From positions 10,106 through 74,105 of IMG/VR virus record IMGVR_UViG_3300036817_000261: a stretch of 64,000 bases of DNA; one strand, 5' to 3'. Position numbers and translations under genes: made by a program. The notes beneath the pieces are model-generated. The model had not been told where the DNA came from. It was given only the letters and a program-made list of their open reading frames with translations, and ran no database searches. Of the stretch, positions 1 through 9,201 are shown in pieces. Positions within the stretch are counted from its first letter, which is position 1, and each line of letters begins with the position of its first letter. The DNA is from a virus.

Positions 1-2
1 TC

Positions 3-299
3 GAGAAGCACACGGTTTCGACGGTCTTCATCGGCATCAATATGAATTATGCGCCGGGCGCTGGAGCTATCTGGTTTGAGACCATGGTGTTTGCTCCCCG
101 GCACATGACAATGATTTTTGGCCGCGAACGAATGGCCTGGGGCCCAGAGCTGTGGAGCAACAGGGCCAGGACCAAGGAAGAGGCGGAAGCCGCTCACCGG
201 CAGGGCCTACGCTTTTTAGAAGACCATCTAGCTAACTGTGGTTGTGGTTCGGAAGCTGGATCTCCTCCGGCGGATCCACCACCATCGAGACTGCCTTAG
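3..299 (+). CDS. 5'-truncated hypothetical phage protein
   Basis: Frame is open from the window start through ORF 42..299; contains VSTVFIG...WFETMVF, a pattern seen in small phage proteins. Confidence 0.55.
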   Translation, partial: EKHTVSTVFIGINMNYAPGAGAIWFETMVFAPRHMTMIFGRERMAWGPELWSNRARTKEEAEAAHRQGLRFLEDHLANCGCGSEAGSPPADPPPSRLP

Positions 300-510
300 C
301 TTCTGCGAGGAGCTCCGCGTCATCGCTCCCGCGCTTATCGACCTCATGCAAGAGCCGGGTGATTAGCATCGCCCGCTTGTCCAGGCAGGCTACAAGGTCC
401 GCAATGCTCTTGCGCAGATCTTTTTCCCGGCCCAGGGAGCGTGATAGCAGCCAGACCATGGTGGCAAAGCAGACGCAGTTTAAAAGCAGTAACGCATCGA
501 TGGCGATCAT
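232..510 (-). CDS. small protein with N-terminal TM helix
   Basis: Hydrophobic N-terminus; ATGA overlap with 507..986. Confidence 0.5.
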   Translation of the reverse strand: MIAIDALLLLNCVCFATMVWLLSRSLGREKDLRKSIADLVACLDKRAMLITRLLHEVDKRGSDDAELLAEAKAVSMVVDPPEEIQLPNHNHS

Positions 511-986
511 AGGAGGTTATAGAGATCGTTTTCACGGGCGGCTTGTTGGACTAAAAGGATCGCTTCTCCCGCTGAATATACTATGTGCCATTCGATCCTT
601 TGAGCTTCGCAGCAGATTCGGAATTCTTCCTGATCCGGTGAGAGCTCGCAACTGTAATCCCTTTTAAATTCGATCCACATGGAGTGCCCGTTGATACCGA
701 CAAAGAAGTCCGGCGTGCCCGGTGTAGCCTTACTAGCCGTGTGGGTGGCATGCCAGCAAATGGGAATCTTCCAGCCTTCACTTTTTTTAAGCAGGAGCCA
801 GTTGGCGAATTGGGCCTGCTCTTTGCGCTCAGCGGTTGAACGCTTAGCCGATGGATGGACCTCGAGCTTGGGGTCCGGTGCGGTGGAAAAGCGCTCCCGG
901 TCTTTTGGATCATTCATCAAGGCGACGATGTGTGAAGGAACTATCCGGTCCCAGCCCATCCGAGAGTTTGCGCTTACCCAGGTCAA
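507..986 (-). CDS. VRR-NUC family nuclease (Holliday-junction-resolvase-like)
   Basis: PGTPDFFV...WIEFK...LSPDQEEF PD-(D/E)XK motif; start uncertain. Confidence 0.75.
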   Translation of the reverse strand: MTWVSANSRMGWDRIVPSHIVALMNDPKDRERFSTAPDPKLEVHPSAKRSTAERKEQAQFANWLLLKKSEGWKIPICWHATHTASKATPGTPDFFVGINGHSMWIEFKRDYSCELSPDQEEFRICCEAQRIEWHIVYSAGEAILLVQQAARENDLYNLL

Positions 987-1308
987 TCTTCAAGATCTGC
1001 GCGGCGGCTAGGCAAAGGTGGCGGAAGGTCTCGTCCAGCTCTTCCTGGGTGGGGTTCTCTTCGGGCCTGGGTAAGGGAAAGGCATCGGCCTCGGGCCGAT
1101 AGATCCGGGGGACACTGGAGAACATGACGCCTCCGCCCATCATGGGCTGGATCTCTTCCAGGGGCCCCGGCCACATCTTAATGTGCCAGTGAGGAGAGGG
1201 AAAGAACTCGACGTTAAGCGGAGCGCCTAGGAACTTAACGCAGTAGTGATGCAGACTACCTGTCCAGGCCGAATACGTGTCGTAGAGGCGCTGTTCAGCA
1301 TCGGTCAT
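910..1308 (-). CDS. hypothetical protein
   Basis: ATGA-coupled to 1305..1715. Confidence 0.5.
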   Translation of the reverse strand: MTDAEQRLYDTYSAWTGSLHHYCVKFLGAPLNVEFFPSPHWHIKMWPGPLEEIQPMMGGGVMFSSVPRIYRPEADAFPLPRPEENPTQEELDETFRHLCLAAAQILKIDLGKRKLSDGLGPDSSFTHRRLDE

Positions 1309-1715
1309 GGATCAACCCAGCCGTAGGGCCCGGCATAGAACCACATCATGCCTTTGCCGTCGACCCTAGTCTTAATCGTTTGGCCGAGGCTCCAGGGCTG
1401 CGGCGGAAGAAGTTCCTTAGGCGGCTCTGGATAGGAGACCTTCATGTAGATCAAGGTCAGGTTCGCGGCAAGGAACCAGACGGCAAAACTAAAGAGCACA
1501 AAGAGGTGCGCTTGGTTTATTTTCCTGGGGACAAAAGCATGCTTTTTTTGCCGGTCGGCAGTGGCAGCTTGCCTTTGCCTCTCCCAGCTACCGACCGGGC
1601 TACTAACTTCCCCCGCTACCGGGAAACGAACTTCTTCGCCCGTTTTCCGGCGCGGGACTAAATAACCGGGACTGACGCTTACTGCAAGCGTCTGTCGTTC
1701 TTGCGTATTTTCCAT
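1305..1715 (-). CDS. hypothetical protein with one TM helix
   Basis: Hydrophobic LFVLFSFAVWFLAANLTLIY; in operon. Confidence 0.5.
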   Translation of the reverse strand: MENTQERQTLAVSVSPGYLVPRRKTGEEVRFPVAGEVSSPVGSWERQRQAATADRQKKHAFVPRKINQAHLFVLFSFAVWFLAANLTLIYMKVSYPEPPKELLPPQPWSLGQTIKTRVDGKGMMWFYAGPYGWVDP

Positions 1716-3262
1716 ATGTCTGGGTTTACACCTTCACTTTCGGCAACAGGAGCCAAGTCGCGAATTTCAGCCCGGCCTTGATACCGGCGGCGACCAATGC
1801 AGAGTTTGATTTCTTCCGCGAGGCCCGCACTCGTAACGTTTTGCGTATCGATGCCCATTCGGCGGAGGACTTGGAGCGTGAAATTGGAGGGAGGACGGCA
1901 CTCGCCTTTGAAGACCGGTTCGTAAGTGAGGAGGCGGTGTTCGCCGGTTTGCGCTGCGAGATATTGATAATCCAGTCTGCCTTCGCGAAACCGGGCGGCG
2001 TTTGCAAGACGCCGCGCGATGGCCTCCTCTCTTTCCCGCTGGATAGCGGCTTTGATGGCGGCCAGAGAGTAGTCCTTGTTCTTCTTAGCCCGGCGCTCGA
2101 TCTCTTCAGCTTCTTCTTGGTTCTCAGCGATTAAAAATGAAGGGGTGACTAAGTCGTGGTCATTGGAAAGCCACAGAGGATCGATTATGAGAGCGTCGGG
2201 TTTAGCACTGGCACGGATAGCTTCCAGACGGCCTGCGGTGCTTTCCTGGGCGTCTACAAGGCCCGGCAACGGCCTCGTAGACCTGCCCACGACTTGCTGA
2301 TACAGGACTTTGGAGCGGGTCGGACGCAGACACAAAGTCGCGTCGCAGACTGGAAAATCGATGCCGGTGTGCAACAAATTCGAATTACTTAAGAGCGCAA
2401 TCCGACCATCCTTAAAAGCCTGCAACTTCTGGGCTCGGTTAGGATCCTCGCCATCAACGTGGACGGCATTGATTCCGGCCTCAACGCAGGCCGCGACAAA
2501 CTTCTGCGAGCTGGCCACAAGCGGCAGGAAGGCCAGGATGTGACGCCGGGAATGTTCGCGGGCCAGCTCCTCCGCGATTTCTTTGAAATAAGGCAGGATC
2601 GCGTCCGCTGCGTCTTGGAGGTCGTAGTCTTTGCCTTCGACGCTCTGTTTGATGCGGACCTGGGCCAAACTGATCGCCGACTGCAGCTTAAAGACGTGAT
2701 CCGGGTTCACCAGCCAGCCTTCGTCCACCAGTTCGAACAAATTCTTTCTATAGGCTTCGGCCTCGAACACGTCGCGCAGGACCTTGGCATCGCTTCGGAA
2801 CGGAGTGGCCGTGATGCCGCAAATAGAGGCGCTCTCAAAATAATTAAAGATGCGCTGCCAGCTATCCGCCATGGCCATGTGGGCCTCATCGGCGAAGATG
2901 TAGCTGAAGTGGTCGCGCGGGAAAGCTTCCAGCCGCTTGGTGCGGGACAGGGTCTGGACAGAGCCGATCACAACCGGCGCTTGGAGGGAGGCGTGAGATT
3001 CGGCTTTCTCGAGCTCTGGAACGAAACCCAACTGCTCAGTGAACGCATCAAAGGGCTGCGTGCATAGCTCGTTACGGTTGGCCAAAAATAAGACCCGGTT
3101 ACGGTCCTTGCGCTCAAGAAGCGCCTTAGTGGTTCCGGCGGCGACTAAGGTTTTCCCGGCCCCGGTTGGCATGACAGCCAGACAAGTCCGGCTCTTTTGC
3201 CACTGGGCGAGGATCGCCTTAATCGCCTCGGTTTGATAAGGGCGAAAGGTCTTGGCTTGCAT
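1679..3262 (-). CDS. SF2 DEAD/DEAH-box helicase
   Basis: Q motif RPYQ, Walker A PTGAGKT, DEAH, TAT, TGIDFP, QVVGRSTR. Confidence 0.92.
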   Translation of the reverse strand: MQAKTFRPYQTEAIKAILAQWQKSRTCLAVMPTGAGKTLVAAGTTKALLERKDRNRVLFLANRNELCTQPFDAFTEQLGFVPELEKAESHASLQAPVVIGSVQTLSRTKRLEAFPRDHFSYIFADEAHMAMADSWQRIFNYFESASICGITATPFRSDAKVLRDVFEAEAYRKNLFELVDEGWLVNPDHVFKLQSAISLAQVRIKQSVEGKDYDLQDAADAILPYFKEIAEELAREHSRRHILAFLPLVASSQKFVAACVEAGINAVHVDGEDPNRAQKLQAFKDGRIALLSNSNLLHTGIDFPVCDATLCLRPTRSKVLYQQVVGRSTRPLPGLVDAQESTAGRLEAIRASAKPDALIIDPLWLSNDHDLVTPSFLIAENQEEAEEIERRAKKNKDYSLAAIKAAIQREREEAIARRLANAARFREGRLDYQYLAAQTGEHRLLTYEPVFKGECRPPSNFTLQVLRRMGIDTQNVTSAGLAEEIKLCIGRRRYQGRAEIRDLAPVAESEGVNPDIWKIRKNDRRLQ

Positions 3263-3270
3263 CGAAAGAA

Positions 3271-3299
3271 AGCCTAAGGCTGTTCCGTTGATTTGTCAA
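3271..3299 (-). promoter_or_regulatory. sigma70-like promoter of the helicase gene (near-leaderless)
   Basis: TTGACA-N17-TAGGCT, 8 nt before ATG 3262; spacer resembles the other promoter copies. Confidence 0.6.
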
Positions 3300-3462
3300 G
3301 TGTATTACCATCCTTCTTCTTCCCCCATCTGACATTAGCCGCCTTACTTCCAGAGGTGGAGCGGCGCTTGGTGACTCCTCCCTTTTTGCCCATCAGCCGC
3401 GCCCCTATCTGGCGCAGCCACTGGTCATTTAAGATCTTTCCGCAATGATAACATCTAGCCAC
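3274..3462 (-). CDS. small basic protein with CxxC
   Basis: GTG start overlapping the upstream stop; MARCYHCGK...MGKKGG...AANVRWGKKK. Confidence 0.5.
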   Translation of the reverse strand: MARCYHCGKILNDQWLRQIGARLMGKKGGVTKRRSTSGSKAANVRWGKKKDGNTLDKSTEQP

Positions 3463-3763
3463 TCGAGTCGCCTCCCAGCTCGACCTCGATTCCTTGAGGA
3501 GGAGGGGTTGCCTTGGTGGATTCGGCCAGCTCGGATAGGTCGATGCGCCAGCCTCGGCGCTCGTGATCAGGGTTGCCAACTTCCAACCCGTTCTTTTTCC
3601 AGAACCGCAAAACGCCGTAACCGATAACTCGCACAAGCACCTGGGACTGCCGCCAGCCGATGATCTCGCCCTGCTCGGTCCTGAGGCTCGGCGGCTCGGG
3701 CACCTTGTCATACCAATAGGTGTCGATTATCAGGGCATGCCCGATCTCAAGTTTCTGCTTCAT
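3455..3763 (-). CDS. hypothetical protein
   Basis: ORF in operon context. Confidence 0.55.
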   Translation of the reverse strand: MKQKLEIGHALIIDTYWYDKVPEPPSLRTEQGEIIGWRQSQVLVRVIGYGVLRFWKKNGLEVGNPDHERRGWRIDLSELAESTKATPPPQGIEVELGGDSSG

Positions 3764-3805
3764 TCGTTAAGAATTCGGAAGCTGTTTCGGTTGTTTTTGA
3801 ACCAC

Positions 3806-4681
3806 TTATGCAGCAATTTCGACCGTAATTCGGAGGTTCTCGATCTCCGCATAGGCTTTGCCACCCCGGCTCCGGGCGACATCTCCCAGCTCTCCCACCG
3901 TGGTTGAGAGATCAAATGCGGTTTCCTCGTACTGGACGGCTTTCTTGAGGGTCCAGCGTTTGATCACAATCCAGTAGGCGAGGTTTTTGACCATCTCGGT
4001 CTCGTTCTGGCTCCAGGCGATCAGATCCCGCTCACTCACCTTTGGGTTCTCGGCCCTAACGGCATCGGCGTACTCGTCGCCGCAAAGCCGCCGGATCCGG
4101 TTCAAGGCTTTCTCCCCTTCCTCGCTCAAGACTGCCCCTCGGACCACGGCTCCGTTAGGCAACGTCGCATCCAGATCAATCTCAATCCCTTTAGGCAGAG
4201 GCTTAGGTTTGACGGCTCTGGTTTGATAGTCGCCGGTTTTAGTCCGGTGTTGTTCGACGGCGTCCCTGACCATGTCGTAACTGGCTACGGCCTGCTGTTT
4301 ATCGCAAAAGTCTAGGATCTGCTGCCAGAGCCCAAGCATGCTCTCCGGCTTTTTGATTTTGATCAGCTCTACGACCTGACTCTGGGTGTAGGGCAACTGG
4401 AGTTTTTGCTCTTTAATCAGCTCCAACGCGGGACTGGCGCGCATACAAAAGCGCGCCAGCCTATAGTCATATTTCAGACAGTGTTCGACGTATTCCTGAA
4501 AGTCATTTTTGCCCATCACCTCGAAGAGTTCGCCCTCTTCGATTTTGATCAGTTCCCTGCCAATGATTCGGATCGATTCGACCGTGTCCTTACTAGCTTT
4601 CGCTATCTTGAGTTCGCATTCGGCTAGCGCATCATGCCGTGTTTTAGTGGCATCTTTCTCTGCAAGAATAGTGTTACTCAT
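3806..4681 (-). CDS. hypothetical phage protein, possibly DNA-binding
   Basis: 291 aa ORF; helical N-terminal IGRELIKI...DFQEYV pattern common in phage replication regions. Confidence 0.6.
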   Translation of the reverse strand: MSNTILAEKDATKTRHDALAECELKIAKASKDTVESIRIIGRELIKIEEGELFEVMGKNDFQEYVEHCLKYDYRLARFCMRASPALELIKEQKLQLPYTQSQVVELIKIKKPESMLGLWQQILDFCDKQQAVASYDMVRDAVEQHRTKTGDYQTRAVKPKPLPKGIEIDLDATLPNGAVVRGAVLSEEGEKALNRIRRLCGDEYADAVRAENPKVSERDLIAWSQNETEMVKNLAYWIVIKRWTLKKAVQYEETAFDLSTTVGELGDVARSRGGKAYAEIENLRITVEIAA

Positions 4682-4696
4682 CCTGAAAGGATGAGT

Positions 4697-5830
4697 TTAC
4701 ACAGTCACCCAAGGTTTTGCAGTTTTATCGTAAGCGATTCTTTCTTCGATCGCTTTCAGGTCATCAAGCTGCTCTTTGGTAGCCTTGGCGATTTGTGCGT
4801 GTGCTGCCGGGACCCATTTGGACTCAACGAGTTGCATCTCAGCGGCGGTCAAGCTGCCGACCGTGCGACCTGCAAAGCTCTTGATGCCCTTGATCCCGTG
4901 GTCGACCCACCAGGGCTTCTCGGTTTCCTGCGGCGCTTGTTGCTGATCGGTTGGCGGGCTCATGTCAATGATGTCCTCCGGCAGGCCGGAGGGTGAAGCC
5001 GATGCAGCGCCCGTCGACTGAGAGGAACCCTCTTGGATAAAAGGGGTGACTTTTGGGTCCTGTCTCTGGGCCTCCTGATTACGCATCTGCGTCTCTTGGG
5101 GGAATTCTCTCTTGAGCTGGGATTCGAGCGGGGTCTGGGCCGCGCCTTGAGCTTGTGCGGCCTGCGAGTTGTTCCGGGCGGCGGCTTGGGCTTCTTCGCG
5201 GCTCTGCGCTTCCGCGTCAGCATCCACGAACTTGAGTGGCGGCAGTTGCTGCTCGATCGGGGCGTGCTGGGACGCGGCCAAATCTTCCAGTTCCTCAGTC
5301 GTGTAGAGACCCTTAAGGATGTCGGAGAATTCATCCCGCAGGCCGAAGCCCAGAGCCCGGTAATAGGTCATGCGTTTGGAGTACTGGGGCCAGACCGGGT
5401 TACGGCTCCAGATCCCGGCCTGCTTCGCCTCTCTTACGCTGAAGGTGTAGTCATGCGGCTCGCCGCCCTGGCGCTGTAAGGTGACGGTACAGGTCAGGTC
5501 ATCACCCTGGCCTTCCCAGACTTTCTTGTAGTCGGCGAGCTCCCCTTTCTGCCGGACCATCGCCAGGGCCAGATCGCCCATAATGCCGATCCGGTTATTA
5601 ATGACCGTTAAACCGTCAATCGCCTGAAGCGGGCGCAGGCCCAGCTCAGCGCCTCTCGCCCAACAGATAATAAGTTGCTGGGGGGTCGTAAAGGCTTTGG
5701 GGGCAAAGCCCGATTGTAGATAGCACTGGGCGGCGCGGAACATGCCGTCAAGGTCCTCGAATTCAAAACCGCTACTCGGGTTGAATTTAACCGTTGCTCT
5801 GGATTCTTGTTCTTCGGTTTGGCTGCTCAT
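4697..5830 (-). CDS. RecT/Bet-like single-strand annealing recombinase
   Basis: GAELGLRPLQAI...VINNRIGIMGD and EAKQAGIW...WPQYSKRMTYYRALGFGLRDEFSDILKGLYTTEEL; low-complexity linker and C-terminal domain. Confidence 0.8.
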   Translation of the reverse strand: MSSQTEEQESRATVKFNPSSGFEFEDLDGMFRAAQCYLQSGFAPKAFTTPQQLIICWARGAELGLRPLQAIDGLTVINNRIGIMGDLALAMVRQKGELADYKKVWEGQGDDLTCTVTLQRQGGEPHDYTFSVREAKQAGIWSRNPVWPQYSKRMTYYRALGFGLRDEFSDILKGLYTTEELEDLAASQHAPIEQQLPPLKFVDADAEAQSREEAQAAARNNSQAAQAQGAAQTPLESQLKREFPQETQMRNQEAQRQDPKVTPFIQEGSSQSTGAASASPSGLPEDIIDMSPPTDQQQAPQETEKPWWVDHGIKGIKSFAGRTVGSLTAAEMQLVESKWVPAAHAQIAKATKEQLDDLKAIEERIAYDKTAKPWVTV

Positions 5831-6582
5831 GAGATTCTGGACGCTGCTTTGATTGTTACACTTATGTCTTGTGTTACTTCAATGCCGGGAAGGGCCGGAG
5901 CATGGTCCGGCGCGATCTCCAGCTGGGCTCTAACAGCGTCCTGGCAAGCGAGAATGTCTACTTCAATTTTTAGCAAGCGTATGCACCCGGCTTTTACCGT
6001 GGCCTCGGCGTTGATCAGCTTGAACTTAAAGGGGTGAGTCACGCGGCCCCCAGGCACCAATCCTTTCTCGGGCTCGATATTCATGGCGGCGACTTCCAGC
6101 TCAAGTCCGCGCTCTAACTCCGCCAGCTGCGCTGCTTGCGTCTGGCCGTCAGCCTGGAGCCGGTTCACTCTTTCCTCGTGCGCCTTTTCCTCGAGAGCTT
6201 TCTTGGCCCGGTCCAGCCGTTGTTCGTCTCGCTTTTTTGCCTCGAGCTGTTTCACGTAGCCTTTGAGAAGCTGGGCCAGCCGGTTCTCTTCAGCTTCCAC
6301 TTTGCCGATCAGCTCTTTAGCGAGATCCTCAATTGAGGTCAGGACCGCTTCGAAGGGCCTTTTCGCGCCACGCTTCGCGTCATAGATCTCGCCATGGGCG
6401 GCTTTGAGTTCTCCGGCAGCGCGCCGGGCGGCGGTGAAAGAGTCATCGTCTTTGACCTCGGTGATCTCTTTATTGATTCGCTCGGTCAGATCCAGAACAC
6501 GTTTCCGGTCACTGGAGCGGATTTTGACAGAGACATCGCTGACGGTGAGAGGGTTCTCTCCGTAGTAGGGCGCTAGTTCCAT
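5827..6582 (-). CDS. coiled-coil recombination-associated protein
   Basis: Long charged helix and PGIEV C-terminus; ATGA-coupled to the annealase. Confidence 0.6.
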   Translation of the reverse strand: MELAPYYGENPLTVSDVSVKIRSSDRKRVLDLTERINKEITEVKDDDSFTAARRAAGELKAAHGEIYDAKRGAKRPFEAVLTSIEDLAKELIGKVEAEENRLAQLLKGYVKQLEAKKRDEQRLDRAKKALEEKAHEERVNRLQADGQTQAAQLAELERGLELEVAAMNIEPEKGLVPGGRVTHPFKFKLINAEATVKAGCIRLLKIEVDILACQDAVRAQLEIAPDHAPALPGIEVTQDISVTIKAASRIS

Positions 6583-6936
6583 TTAGTGAGTGGGAGTGGT
6601 TTGGGTCGCCTCGCTAGCAAACTGGGTCCAATAGGCGGTGACGGCATCCTCGAGGTTCTGAGCCTCTTGTAGGCGGATTGCCCTCATCATCGGAAAGTAG
6701 TCGGCGAGATTGGCTTTGGCGTGTTTCACGGCCCGGATCAGCATGAAGCGCATGCTTATCACGTCCCGGCGGCGGAAGTACTGGCCGTTTAAGATCCGTC
6801 TCATGTTTCCGCGCTCGTTGCCACTTGAGACGGCGACAATGTTATCGTGCAGGGGAACGATGGCCTTAGCCAGCTCCTCTACCTCGGTCGAATTGTGACG
6901 GTAATGGACATGGGCATCCACTGTGCTCGTGATCAT
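6583..6936 (-). CDS. hypothetical protein
   Basis: Stop abuts the next start. Confidence 0.55.
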   Translation of the reverse strand: MITSTVDAHVHYRHNSTEVEELAKAIVPLHDNIVAVSSGNERGNMRRILNGQYFRRRDVISMRFMLIRAVKHAKANLADYFPMMRAIRLQEAQNLEDAVTAYWTQFASEATQTTPTH

Positions 6937-7067
6937 AACGTGCTTTCGTTCTGGCGACTAGAGGGAAGTCGCCTTGGGCTTATGCACAGGTTATAACCTG
7001 CATCGCGCAATGCGCAACGCTTAAAAAGCAATGCTTTTATCGCTAAATTATAGTGGAAGCATGCTTT

Positions 7068-7367
7068 TTACTGGAGATAGCCCTGGCCCCTAGCCCACCT
7101 GGGATCCGCGTGAATCTTGCGGTGGCACCAGAAACAGACCGCGAGGCAATGCTCAAAGTCTAGGAGCCGTTTGCCGATCCGGCCCCGGACGTGGTGCGCC
7201 TCGGTCGAGACCGCGCTTTTACAGATCTGACAGGACAGGTGCGCCCTCAGGAAGTTCAGCCGCTCTTCAGAGTACTTGCGCAGCTGGGTCCGGCGCAGCT
7301 TAGAAGCCCGGCGAAGGCCCCTGGAAGCCCGCAGGGGCGTCTTTCGCCGCAGGGGCGAGCGCTTCAT
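7068..7367 (-). CDS. HNH-like Zn-binding nuclease
   Basis: MKRSPLRRKTPL leader; CQIC...HHVRGR...CFWCHRKIH. Confidence 0.7.
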   Translation of the reverse strand: MKRSPLRRKTPLRASRGLRRASKLRRTQLRKYSEERLNFLRAHLSCQICKSAVSTEAHHVRGRIGKRLLDFEHCLAVCFWCHRKIHADPRWARGQGYLQ

Positions 7368-7726
7368 ACCATGTAGACATACGGCACCGGCAGGGGCTCA
7401 TTAAGAGGCCTCCAGAGATGGAGCGTGAAGGGATGGTCGTTGACGTAATCGGCCTTGGCCGGATGGAACTGGACAACCCAATCCTCATCGGCAAAAAAGG
7501 CTTCTTTCACCCGGCACATCACGTTCCAGCTGGGCATAATCTTTCTCTGGGCATTAGAGATTGAGAGGTGCTGCCAGCCCATGCCGTCGCCCAGCATTAT
7601 ATGCCACATCTCCCCTTCCAGGGGTACGAGAAAAGCTCCGTTCCAACCGGCGGTTTCGTCAGAGCCGTACTGGCCCGTGCGAATGCGCCACCGGTTGGCC
7701 TTCAGCAGTTTCTCTAAACCCGTCAT
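7364..7726 (-). CDS. conserved phage protein
   Basis: GMGWQHLSIS...PSWNVMCRVKEAFF...VVQFHP...YVNDHPFTLHLW, a recurrent phage family pattern. Confidence 0.7.
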   Translation of the reverse strand: MTGLEKLLKANRWRIRTGQYGSDETAGWNGAFLVPLEGEMWHIMLGDGMGWQHLSISNAQRKIMPSWNVMCRVKEAFFADEDWVVQFHPAKADYVNDHPFTLHLWRPLNEPLPVPYVYMV

Positions 7727-8112
7727 GCTAGCCCCAATGACTCGAGCAGTTTCTGGGTGTTCTCGCTAGGGGTGCGCTGCGCTTTCGGAACTCGCGGACG
7801 GCGCGCCTGTCTCAAATTCCCGCCAAAGATGACCGGCGTTTTCTTTCGCTTAGGCCCTAACACTCTTTCAAAGGGTGTCCCATCCCGCATAGCCAGATAT
7901 TCTTCATGGGTCGGAATAGGAAAACGGTCCAGATGGAACTGGAGAAAGTGCCCAAAGAATTTCTGCTTTCCACCGGCCCCAGCTCGTAATTTTTCCACGG
8001 TGTCTTTGCGCAGTACGCAGGTCACTTGGACGTAGTTGTCCGGGTTCAACTTTTTTGGGCGGCCGCTGTTCGTGCGTTTGCCGCCATGCCTTGGTTTACC
8101 ATTCGTTGACAT
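7723..8112 (-). CDS. putative DNA-binding protein
   Basis: HGGKRTNSGRPKK AT-hook-like start followed by an RHH-like segment. Confidence 0.55.
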   Translation of the reverse strand: MSTNGKPRHGGKRTNSGRPKKLNPDNYVQVTCVLRKDTVEKLRAGAGGKQKFFGHFLQFHLDRFPIPTHEEYLAMRDGTPFERVLGPKRKKTPVIFGGNLRQARRPRVPKAQRTPSENTQKLLESLGLA

Positions 8113-8294
8113 ATTCGTGAGTAAAAAACCCTTAAAACCCTCGGGTCAGTAATATTGCCTGATTTGCCCTTGCGCAGCAAATAACTAATACCGGAGATGC
8201 GCGGAGGGCCGCCGGTCCAGTGTGGAGTTCCACGGTTTTGACGATTTAGCATTGCTAGTTTATTTTGTGGTGTTTCTGGGTCAGTACAAAGCAT

Positions 8295-8327
8295 AAGCGC
8301 CCCTGCCGTAAAAAAGTAGGGGCGCTT
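8295..8327. terminator. hairpin, probable intrinsic terminator
   Basis: AAGCGCCCCT...AGGGGCGCTT inverted repeat in an intergenic gap. Confidence 0.5.
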
Positions 8328-8409
8328 GATTTTGGGCTCATCTGGCGCTAAGCCTGTCGGCGTTTACCGATGTGCATGGCGGGCCTCGGGTGAGGCCCGC
8401 CTCTCGGGC

Positions 8410-8622
8410 CTAGTCCAGGGCCGGGATATCCGCCCCGTGGTGAGTGTAGCCGCAATGCGGACAGGGCCAGTAGTAAATCGGCACGTTGTTCCGGTAGATC
8501 AGCTCCCGAATAACTACCTCGGCACAGTTGGGGCAGTTGCCGGTTTCTTCAGCGCGGGGGAAGGGAATCTCTCGGTCTTCCGGGTTGTCAAGGAAGGCGT
8601 TTAGGTCGTCTTGGAGGCTCAT
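8410..8622 (-). CDS. small Zn-finger protein
   Basis: CPNC...CPHC; AAGGA RBS. Confidence 0.6.
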   Translation of the reverse strand: MSLQDDLNAFLDNPEDREIPFPRAEETGNCPNCAEVVIRELIYRNNVPIYYWPCPHCGYTHHGADIPALD

Positions 8623-8734
8623 TTTTTCCTTTTTGGTTGATGCTGCGGGCCCCGCTTTGGTTTCACCGGCTTCTCGAAACGCTCACGCGTTTGAGTATGC
8701 CAAGTCTTTTTGGAGCCAAAGTTGCGCAGCTTCA

Positions 8735-8995
8735 TTAGTCAGCGATCCAGTTGAAGTAGAACCGGGGCATATGCACAAATTCGAGCGAGCCCTTTTGGCC
8801 GTCCGATTTGCGCTTGACGACAATGAAGGGAGCCCCAAAGCCGATGACCTCGAATTCCTCCGCCATCTCCTTTGTGGTCCATACTTTGCCGTACTGGGCC
8901 TCGAGTTCCGCGCGGCGCGCGTCTGCTTCTGGGTCCAGGCCTTGGTTTAGCTCGACGATGCGAGCCCGTCTGATGTTTTCTGTAGGATCTTCCAT
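8735..8995 (-). CDS. conserved hypothetical protein
   Basis: MEDPTENIRR...FEVIGFGAPFIVVKRKSDGQKGSLEF; start revised to ATG 8995 just after the upstream stop. Confidence 0.65.
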   Translation of the reverse strand: MEDPTENIRRARIVELNQGLDPEADARRAELEAQYGKVWTTKEMAEEFEVIGFGAPFIVVKRKSDGQKGSLEFVHMPRFYFNWIAD

Positions 8996-8999
8996 AAAG

Positions 9000-9161
9000 T
9001 TAACGTTTATTGAGCTGACGTTCATTGAGCTGTTCCATCTCGTTGTCGATTTCGTCGAATGCATCGCCCAGCACTTTCCAGAGGCCAGGATATTCAGTTG
9101 GATCTATTTTCTCTTGAGCTGCGCCAACTAGTTGCAGGGCTTGATTTAAGTCGGTGTTCAT
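9000..9161 (-). CDS. 53-aa hypothetical protein (below the ORF-track cutoff)
   Basis: MNTDLNQALQLVGAAQEKIDPTEYPGLWKVLGDAFDEIDNEMEQLNERQLNKR fills the gap. Confidence 0.5.
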   Translation of the reverse strand: MNTDLNQALQLVGAAQEKIDPTEYPGLWKVLGDAFDEIDNEMEQLNERQLNKR

Positions 9162-9201
9162 CTTGGTAGGTGGGGCGGCTCCTAGCGCCGCCCCTGGTTA
9201 G

